From Escherichia phage RB49, in the sequence record NC_005066.1: a DNA stretch of 64,000 nt; one strand, 5' to 3'. How positions within the stretch are numbered: position 1 is the stretch's first letter; every line of letters begins with the position of its first letter. A program made the translations under genes and the position numbers. A model generated the notes under the pieces. The model saw only the letters and a list, made by a program, of their open reading frames with translations. It was not told the DNA's origin and made no database searches. Positions 57,469-64,000 of the stretch are shown here, in pieces.

Positions 57469-59034
57469 ATGTTTAGTAGATTAAAAATGCTTGCGCGTTG
57501 GGCTGATTTTGACAACGACAAATACGAAGAACAAATTAAAGATAAAGCAGAGTCTATCGCCGCACCTAAAAACAATGATGGTGCTACGGAAGTAGAAATT
57601 AACGATAATTCACCTGCTAGCTCGTGGAACTCTCTTACCCAGCAATTTTACAGCACCGACCAGAAAATCAGCACAACTAAGCAATTAGTTAACACATATC
57701 GCGGTTTGATGAATAACCATGAAGTCGAAAACGCTGTACAAAATATCGTTAACGATGCGATTGTATTTGAAGAAGGTCATGAAGTTGTTTCATTAAATCT
57801 TGAGGCGACTGGCTTTAGTGAATCTGTAAAAGAGCGCATTCATGAAGAATTTAAAGATCTTTTAAACACTATCCAGTTTGATAGGCGCGGTCAGGATATG
57901 TTCCGTCGCTGGTATGTCGATTCGCGTATTTTCTTCCATAAAATCATCGGCAAAAATCCAAAAGATGGTATCGTAGAATTACGCCAGCTTGACCCACGTA
58001 ATCTTGAATATGTTCGCGAGATCATTACAGAAGACACACCGGAAGGTAAAATTTATAAAGCAACTAAAGAATATTTCATTTACACCGTAGGCAATAGTTC
58101 TTATTGCGCGGGTGGTCAAGTATTCTCTCCCAATAGTCGCGTTAAAATCCCGCGTAGTGCTATTACATACGCTCACAGCGGCTTGATGGATTGTGATGAT
58201 AAATATATCATTGGTTATTTGCATCGGGCTGTTAAGCCAGCAAACCAGCTTAAATTGTTGGAAGACGCAATGGTCGTTTATCGTATCACGCGTGCACCGG
58301 AACGCCGAGTGTTCTTTATTGATACCGGAAACATGAACAACCGCAAGGCTGCACAGCACATGAACTCAGTGGCACAGTCTTTTAAAAACCGCGTTGTTTA
58401 TGATGCATCGACTGGTAAACTTAAAAACCAGCAAGCAAATCTATCAATGACAGAGGACTACTGGTTACAGCGTCGAGATGGTAAAGCAATCACCGACGTT
58501 ACTACTTTACCCGGTGCATCCGGTATGAGTGATATCGATGATATTCGCTACTTTAACCGTAAATTGTATGAAGCGTTGCGTGTGCCATTGTCACGCAGCA
58601 ATCTCTCCGATGCTAATATGGTGATCGGTGGTGATGGTTCAGAAATTACTCGCGATGAGTTGGAATTTTCGAAATTCATTAGAACTCTGCAATCACAGTT
58701 TTCGGAAGTATTGCGCGATCCTCTGAAATATAATCTGATTCTCAAAAATGTAATTACGGAAGACGATTGGGATCGTGAAATAAATAATATCAAGGTGGTT
58801 TTCCATCGGGACTCTTACTATACAGAAGTTAAAGACGCGGAAATTTTAGAACGTCGAATCGGTCTAATCGAACGTATTACACCTTACATTGGTAAATATT
58901 TCTCTAACCAGACAGTGATGCGTGACATTCTGAAATATACCGATGACCAGATGGACACCGAGAAGAAACAGATCGAAGAAGAAGCGAACGATCCGCGCTT
59001 TAAACAAACTCCCGATGAAATAGAGGATTTTTAA
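57469..59034 (+). CDS. 20: portal vertex protein gp20
   Basis: 521 aa; synteny. Confidence 0.93.
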   Translation: MFSRLKMLARWADFDNDKYEEQIKDKAESIAAPKNNDGATEVEINDNSPASSWNSLTQQFYSTDQKISTTKQLVNTYRGLMNNHEVENAVQNIVNDAIVFEEGHEVVSLNLEATGFSESVKERIHEEFKDLLNTIQFDRRGQDMFRRWYVDSRIFFHKIIGKNPKDGIVELRQLDPRNLEYVREIITEDTPEGKIYKATKEYFIYTVGNSSYCAGGQVFSPNSRVKIPRSAITYAHSGLMDCDDKYIIGYLHRAVKPANQLKLLEDAMVVYRITRAPERRVFFIDTGNMNNRKAAQHMNSVAQSFKNRVVYDASTGKLKNQQANLSMTEDYWLQRRDGKAITDVTTLPGASGMSDIDDIRYFNRKLYEALRVPLSRSNLSDANMVIGGDGSEITRDELEFSKFIRTLQSQFSEVLRDPLKYNLILKNVITEDDWDREINNIKVVFHRDSYYTEVKDAEILERRIGLIERITPYIGKYFSNQTVMRDILKYTDDQMDTEKKQIEEEANDPRFKQTPDEIEDF

Positions 59035-59265
59035 ATGAAACAATTTATCGAAGCAATTAAAACTCGCGATCTAACGCTGATCGAAAAAGAATTTGATAAG
59101 ATCATGGAGGCTAAAAAAGCCCAGATCATCGAATCCCAGCGTGTCGAAATCGCATCCAGTATCATGATCGAAGGTGAAGAAGAAAAAGACCGCGATGATG
59201 AAGATATGGAAGATGAGGACGAAGATCGCAAAGACGATAAAAAAGACAAAGAAGACGACGAATAA
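59035..59265 (+). CDS. 67: prohead core protein gp67
   Basis: 76 aa; highly acidic C-terminus; synteny. Confidence 0.7.
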   Translation: MKQFIEAIKTRDLTLIEKEFDKIMEAKKAQIIESQRVEIASSIMIEGEEEKDRDDEDMEDEDEDRKDDKKDKEDDE

Positions 59266-59277
59266 TAGGAAGCCAAC

Positions 59278-59685
59278 ATGATTAAAGATTTTACTCCTAA
59301 AGCTGACTTAGAAACTTTTCTGCCGGAAGCACAGGAAAAATTGGACATGTTGGCTATGTTTGAGTCAGAAGAACTATTGAAAATCGTTGAAGGTATCTCC
59401 GAGGATGAGCCGGAACTGGCGGTAGCAATGCTGTCTATCATCGACGGAATTACTGTAAATGAAGCAATGGTTAAACATGTAAACGCACGCGGGGAAGTTG
59501 CACGTAAGAAAGATCGCAAAACCCGTGAGCGCAATGCTTACATGACTACTGGCCTAAGCAAAGCTAAACGCCGTCAAATTGCCCGTCGTGCTGCAAAAAC
59601 CAAACGTGCAAATCCATCTATCGAACGTCATGCGGAACGTAAGCGCAAAAAAGCAATGCGTAAACGTAAGGCGTTAGGATTATAA
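59278..59685 (+). CDS. 68: prohead core protein gp68
   Basis: 135 aa; basic C-terminus; synteny. Confidence 0.7.
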   Translation: MIKDFTPKADLETFLPEAQEKLDMLAMFESEELLKIVEGISEDEPELAVAMLSIIDGITVNEAMVKHVNARGEVARKKDRKTRERNAYMTTGLSKAKRRQIARRAAKTKRANPSIERHAERKRKKAMRKRKALGL

Positions 59686-59696
59686 CAGGAAACAAC

Positions 59697-60392
59697 ATGG
59701 AAAAGAACGAATTACTGATCGAACAATGGGGCGTTCCTTGTGCTCGCGGTAGTTCGTCATTGCTTGAATCATTTGATGATAAGGCTACAGGAAATCTCTA
59801 TATTCAAGGGATTTTCCTGCAAGCCGAAACAGTAAACCGTAATAAACGCTGGTATCCTCGCAGTGTTCTAGAAAATGCGGTTACTAAATACATACATGAA
59901 CAAGTTGAGACACATCAAGCTCTAGGCGAACTTAATCACCCAGCAAGAGCAATGCCAGATCCATCTAATGCTTGCATCATAATTGAAAAATTATGGTGGG
60001 AAGGTAATAACGTGATGGGTAAAGCCCGTGTTATTGAAGGGGATAAAGGCGCAGGTGATAAACTTGCTGCACTGATTCGCGCTGGCTGGATTCCTGGCGT
60101 TTCCTCCCGTGGGTTGGGTCGGTTGAAAGACTCTGGTCGCGGATACAATATTGTACAGGAAGGTTTTGTGTTGACGGTTGGTGTTGATGTTGTATGGGGT
60201 CCGAGCGCACCTGATGCGTGGGTAACTCCGGTGGTTGAGTCAATGGATAGCGATTCTAGCGCGTCAGACGCACCAGAAAGCGATAAAACCGAAAAAGTGA
60301 CTAACCCTACAGCCTCACAACAAAACATCGTAGAATCGAATAATAGCGCGTTTATGGCGCTCGCAGAAGCGTTATCTAAACGCTATAAATAA
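59697..60392 (+). CDS. 21: prohead core protein / protease gp21
   Basis: 231 aa; synteny. Confidence 0.88.
   Translation: MEKNELLIEQWGVPCARGSSSLLESFDDKATGNLYIQGIFLQAETVNRNKRWYPRSVLENAVTKYIHEQVETHQALGELNHPARAMPDPSNACIIIEKLWWEGNNVMGKARVIEGDKGAGDKLAALIRAGWIPGVSSRGLGRLKDSGRGYNIVQEGFVLTVGVDVVWGPSAPDAWVTPVVESMDSDSSASDAPESDKTEKVTNPTASQQNIVESNNSAFMALAEALSKRYK
60384..60391 (+). promoter_or_regulatory. T4-type late promoter TATAAATA (gene 22)
   Basis: Exact TATAAATA overlapping the gene 21 stop. Confidence 0.55.
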
Positions 60393-60423
60393 TAACGTCG
60401 TTATCAACAAGAAGGTTATAACC

Positions 60424-61218
60424 ATGCTTAAAGAAATGCTGCTCGAAGAAGCAAAACAGATCACCGTAGACGTTGCTCTCGATGACCTGTTTGAATCCGT
60501 CGAACTGTCGCCGGAAGTAAAAGAAAATTTTGGTACTATCTACGCTCAGGCGGTAAAAGCTAATGCTGTTGCTCTGGCAGAAAGCCACATTGAAAAAATC
60601 GCCGCTAAAGCCGATGAACTGGTAGAATCAAAGGTCGAAGAAGCACGCACCGAGATTGAAACCAAACTGTACGAAGATGCAGATAAATTCCTGAATCACT
60701 TAGGCGCTAAATGGCTGGCAGAAAATAAAGAAGCCGTCACCCGTAATATTAAAGCGGATCTGTGCGAATCCCTGATTGGTTCTCTGAAAGATGTTTTCGT
60801 TACTCACAATGTTGTAGTACCGGAAGAATCTGTAGACGTTGTTGCTGAACTTGACGAAGCACTCAAAGAAGAAAAAGAAAAAACCTCTGAACTCTTTGAT
60901 GCCAAACTGCAACTTGAAAGCGAAATTCGTGGCATGAAGCGCGAACAAGCGATCAATGAAAGCACTCGTGATCTTTCCGATACTCAGAAAGAAAAAGTAA
61001 CCGCGCTGATTGAAGGTCTGGAATATAGCGAAACTTTCGATAAGAAATTAACTGCAATTGTCGAAATGGTTGCTAAGAAAGAAGACAAACAAGCTAAGAT
61101 TGAAGAATCACTAAATACTGATGCCGACAAGCTGAATGTTATTGCAGAAAATGTCGAAAAATCAGATAAAAAGGCAACTGTAGATTCCGGCGTATCCCGC
61201 TACCTGAATTTCATCTAA
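60424..61218 (+). CDS. 22: prohead core scaffold protein gp22
   Basis: 264 aa; acidic coiled coil; synteny. Confidence 0.85.
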   Translation: MLKEMLLEEAKQITVDVALDDLFESVELSPEVKENFGTIYAQAVKANAVALAESHIEKIAAKADELVESKVEEARTEIETKLYEDADKFLNHLGAKWLAENKEAVTRNIKADLCESLIGSLKDVFVTHNVVVPEESVDVVAELDEALKEEKEKTSELFDAKLQLESEIRGMKREQAINESTRDLSDTQKEKVTALIEGLEYSETFDKKLTAIVEMVAKKEDKQAKIEESLNTDADKLNVIAENVEKSDKKATVDSGVSRYLNFI

Positions 61219-61236
61219 TGTAATTCAAATCTACTT

Positions 61237-61244
61237 TATAAATA
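61237..61244 (+). promoter_or_regulatory. T4-type late promoter TATAAATA (gene 23)
   Basis: Exact TATAAATA about 33 nt upstream of gene 23 ATG. Confidence 0.65.
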
Positions 61245-61277
61245 CTTTAGGTTAACAACAAACAAGGTTTAAAGAAC

Positions 61278-62864
61278 ATGAAAACTACCAAAGAACTGAT
61301 GGAAAAATGGTCCCCGCTGCTGGAGAACGAAAAACTGCCGGAAATCGCAACTGCGTCTAAGCAGAAACTGGTTGCTAAAATTCTGGAATCTCAGGAAGCG
61401 GATTTTGCTGTAGACCCGATCTATAAGGATGAAAAAGTTGTTGAAGCATTCGGTGGCTTTATCGCAGAAGCCGAAGTTGCTGGCGACCACGGTTATGACG
61501 CATCTCAGATCGCGGCTGGTCAGACTACTGGTGCAATCACCAACGTAGGTCCGGCTGTTATCGGTATGGTTCGCCGTGCTATCCCTAACCTGATCGCATT
61601 TGATATTTGTGGCGTTCAGCCGATGAGCACCCCGACTAGCCAGATCTTTGCAATCCGTTCTGTATACGGTGGCGATCCGCTGAAATCCGGTGCTCGCGAA
61701 GCATTCCATCCGATGTATGCACCTGATGCGTTCCATAGCTCTCTTGCTGCTAAAGAGGCAACTGTAGGTTCACCAACTGGTACTGCATTCGCTAAACTAA
61801 CTCTTTCCCAGGCTATCACTGCTGGTGATATCGTATATCACACCTTCGCAGAAACTGGTATTGCTTATCTGCAAAACGTAACTGGTGATTCTGTAACACC
61901 ACAGAAAGTAGGTAGCGAATCCGAAGATGAAGTAGTAATGAAGCTGATTGAAGAAGGTAAATTGGCTGAAATCGCTTTCGGTATGGCTACTTCCATCGCC
62001 GAAATTCAGGAAGGCTTTAACGGTTCCAGCAATAACCCGTGGGCTGAAATGTCAATGCGTATTGACAAACAGGTTGTTGAAGCGAAATCTCGCCAACTGA
62101 AAGCCCGTTACTCTATCGAAGTTGCGCAGGATCTGCGTGCTGTACATGGTATGGATGCTGACGCTGAACTGAATGCTATCCTGGCTAACGAAGTTCTGCT
62201 GGAAATCAACCGTGAAATCGTTGACGTCATCAACTTTACCGCTCAGGTTGGTAAAACTGGTATGACTCAGACCGTTGGTTCTAAAGCTGGTGTATTTGAC
62301 CTGCAAGACCCGATCGATACTCGCGGTGCTCGTTGGGCTGGTGAATCCTTCAAATCTCTGATCTACCAGATCGACAAAGAAGCTGCTGAAATCGCTCGTC
62401 AGACTGGTCGCGGTGCTGGTAACTTTGTTATCGCTTCCCGTAACGTTGTAAACATTCTGGCTTCTGCTGATCAGGGTATCAGTCTTGCTATGCAGGGTGC
62501 TGCAAAAGGTCTGAATACCGACACCACTAAAGCTGTTTTCGCTGGTGTTCTGGCTGGTAAGTACAAAGTGTTCATCGACCAGTATGCTCGTCAAGACTAC
62601 TTCACCGTAGGTTACAAAGGCGACAACGAAATGGATGCTGGTATCTACTATGCTCCGTATGTTGCTCTGACTCCGCTGCGTGCAACTGATCCGCAGTCTT
62701 TCCACCCGGTTCTGGGCTTCAAGACTCGCTACGGCATCGGTATTAACCCGTTTGCAGACAGCAAATCCCAGGAACCGTCCGCTCGCATCACCTCTGGTAT
62801 GTTGAGCAAAGACAGCGTAGGCAAAAACGCATACTTCCGTCGTGTATGGGTTAAAGGCTGCTAA
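61278..62864 (+). CDS. 23: major capsid protein gp23
   Basis: 528 aa; long identical blocks to T4 gp23 by eye (VRRAIPNLIAFDICGVQPM, GIYYAPYVALTPLR, GINPFA). Confidence 0.97.
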   Translation: MKTTKELMEKWSPLLENEKLPEIATASKQKLVAKILESQEADFAVDPIYKDEKVVEAFGGFIAEAEVAGDHGYDASQIAAGQTTGAITNVGPAVIGMVRRAIPNLIAFDICGVQPMSTPTSQIFAIRSVYGGDPLKSGAREAFHPMYAPDAFHSSLAAKEATVGSPTGTAFAKLTLSQAITAGDIVYHTFAETGIAYLQNVTGDSVTPQKVGSESEDEVVMKLIEEGKLAEIAFGMATSIAEIQEGFNGSSNNPWAEMSMRIDKQVVEAKSRQLKARYSIEVAQDLRAVHGMDADAELNAILANEVLLEINREIVDVINFTAQVGKTGMTQTVGSKAGVFDLQDPIDTRGARWAGESFKSLIYQIDKEAAEIARQTGRGAGNFVIASRNVVNILASADQGISLAMQGAAKGLNTDTTKAVFAGVLAGKYKVFIDQYARQDYFTVGYKGDNEMDAGIYYAPYVALTPLRATDPQSFHPVLGFKTRYGIGINPFADSKSQEPSARITSGMLSKDSVGKNAYFRRVWVKGC

Positions 62865-62948
62865 TATAAGCCAATTCCTGAAAAACTCCGGTCGGGTGCA
62901 ATACCCGACTTATCATAAACCTTATGACAGTGTAAAGTGTTAATTCCA

Positions 62949-62980
62949 AAGGGAAGACTCGAAAGGGTCTTCCCTTTTTG
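62949..62980 (+). terminator. rho-independent terminator downstream of gene 23
   Basis: aagggaagac-loop-gtcttccctt followed by TTTTG. Confidence 0.7.
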
Positions 62981-62995
62981 CGTATTATAACCCGT

Positions 62996-63003
62996 TATAA
63001 ATA
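62996..63003 (+). promoter_or_regulatory. T4-type late promoter TATAAATA in the 23-24 intergenic region
   Basis: Exact TATAAATA; nearest downstream ORFs are short. Confidence 0.4.
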
Positions 63004-63366
63004 AGGTTGCAAGCCTATATTCTATTGGGAGCGAAAATCGATACACACAACAAAGACAGGAAGATGCGGAACATCGGTGGGTTGCTAGCCTAAATCCGGT
63101 GGATATGATATGTGATTTCTTTTGATGCTGGATTTATTAAAACACAACAAACAATTCCACCAATTTTCGTAGTAACTGCATGGCAAAGGACCAATGAATG
63201 AAATGAGCGTTCATGTTGATATTGGGTCGGATAGATTTGGTAGATATATATACAGATCTTGTGTATACAGACCTTGTTATGACATTTCAGCGTGACGCTA
63301 GCGGTAATTTTTGGTTTTGGTACGCTGTTCCCTGAATTAACCCAAAATTCTCCATAAGGAGGAATG

Positions 63367-63456
63367 CATGAGTAAGAAAGAAAACAGCTATGTTATGACT
63401 CGTAAGGAATACAACGAATTGATGTTAGCATTAGCTTATGCAATTATTCGTTCTGA
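63367..63456 (+). CDS. short ORF (29 aa) with strong RBS; overlaps a second short frame 63422..63520
   Basis: AAGGAGGA 6 nt upstream of the ATG; coding status uncertain. Confidence 0.3.
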
Positions 63457-63520
63457 TCATGCAATTAATCTGGTAAACAAAGTTAACCGTAGCGTTGATA
63501 ATGTTTCTAGGAAGAAGTAA

Positions 63521-63548
63521 GTTTATTTTTGGAATCCTTCGGATTCCT
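63521..63548 (+). terminator. rho-independent terminator
   Basis: ggaatcc-ttc-ggattcc followed by TTTTTCTTTTT. Confidence 0.65.
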
Positions 63549-63549
63549 T

Positions 63550-63557
63550 TTTCTTTT
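63550..63557 (+). promoter_or_regulatory. T4-type late promoter TATAAATA (gene 24)
   Basis: Exact TATAAATA 48 nt upstream of gene 24 ATG. Confidence 0.6.
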
Positions 63558-63604
63558 TGTATAAATATGATATATCCATTAAGGCAAATACAGGATTCAT
63601 AAAC

Positions 63605-64000
63605 ATGACTCATATTTTTACTGAACTGTTGCGGGAATCTACTTCCTCAGTAGCTAACCAGACAGCGCGACCGCAACTATTATCATTAACTCGCGCGGTA
63701 AACAACCTGATTTTCTCTGATCTGGTAGCAATCCAGCCAACGGATCAACCAGTATCTGCATTGTACGGCCTACGTTATCTTAATCGTGATGGTCAGATGA
63801 CTTTCCGAACTGCTGCGACCTACGGTGGCGCGGCTGGTGATCGCACAGAGATTGAAGAGTTTTCAAAAGAAAAATCTTATGACGAAGGCGCACTATTCAA
63901 ATCAGGCGATGTTGTATACGAAGTTGTGACCGCTGGTACAGTCGGTGAAGATGCCGAAACTCCAGAATCTGCAATCTTTAAAGGCGTAATGACAAACAAA
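63605..64000 (+). CDS. 24: capsid vertex protein gp24, 5' portion (runs off window end)
   Basis: Hand-translated MTHIFTELLRESTSSVANQTARPQLLSLTRAVNNLIFSDLVAIQPTDQPV... resembles T4 gp24 N-terminus. Confidence 0.88.
   Translation, partial: MTHIFTELLRESTSSVANQTARPQLLSLTRAVNNLIFSDLVAIQPTDQPVSALYGLRYLNRDGQMTFRTAATYGGAAGDRTEIEEFSKEKSYDEGALFKSGDVVYEVVTAGTVGEDAETPESAIFKGVMTNK

Noticed and set aside
63422-63520. An apparent single 50-aa ORF spanning 63367-63520
   Set aside because: Careful codon-by-codon reading shows a stop at 63454-63456 in the ATG frame; the downstream part is in another frame. It is reported as two overlapping short frames rather than one gene.

Overview
This window reads as a segment of a T4-like (Tevenvirinae-type) myovirus genome, with no host chromosome. 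Positions 1-32528 are a dense, almost entirely minus-strand early/middle region: nrdG, nrdD (intron-less), endonuclease VII (49), nrdC, dam, tk, regB, a GrcA-like glycyl-radical cofactor, an M15 peptidase, 57B/Acb1-like, 57A, gene 1, 3, 2, 4, plus many small unassigned ORFs. Positions 32584-64000 are the plus-strand late structural module: 53, 5, 5.4, 6-12, wac, 13-20, 67, 68, 21-23 and the start of 24, with TATAAATA late promoters. All calls are by eye from the translations and DNA motifs; no searches were run. The most interesting feature is a 1.6 kb insertion between baseplate genes 8 and 9 (41793-43379) carrying its own sigma70-type promoter, two unknown small proteins and a predicted gamma-class amino-methyltransferase. 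Other accessory candidates are a macro-domain protein, a Pol-beta-type nucleotidyltransferase, a Dps-like protein, a glycine-rich protein, three tandem paralog families, clusters of small membrane proteins, and at least 16 copies of a repeated promoter-leader-RBS cassette upstream of early genes. No tRNA genes, CRISPR arrays or homing endonuclease genes were recognised. Small-ORF start codons are uncertain, and some six-frame track ORFs begin at non-ATG codons.
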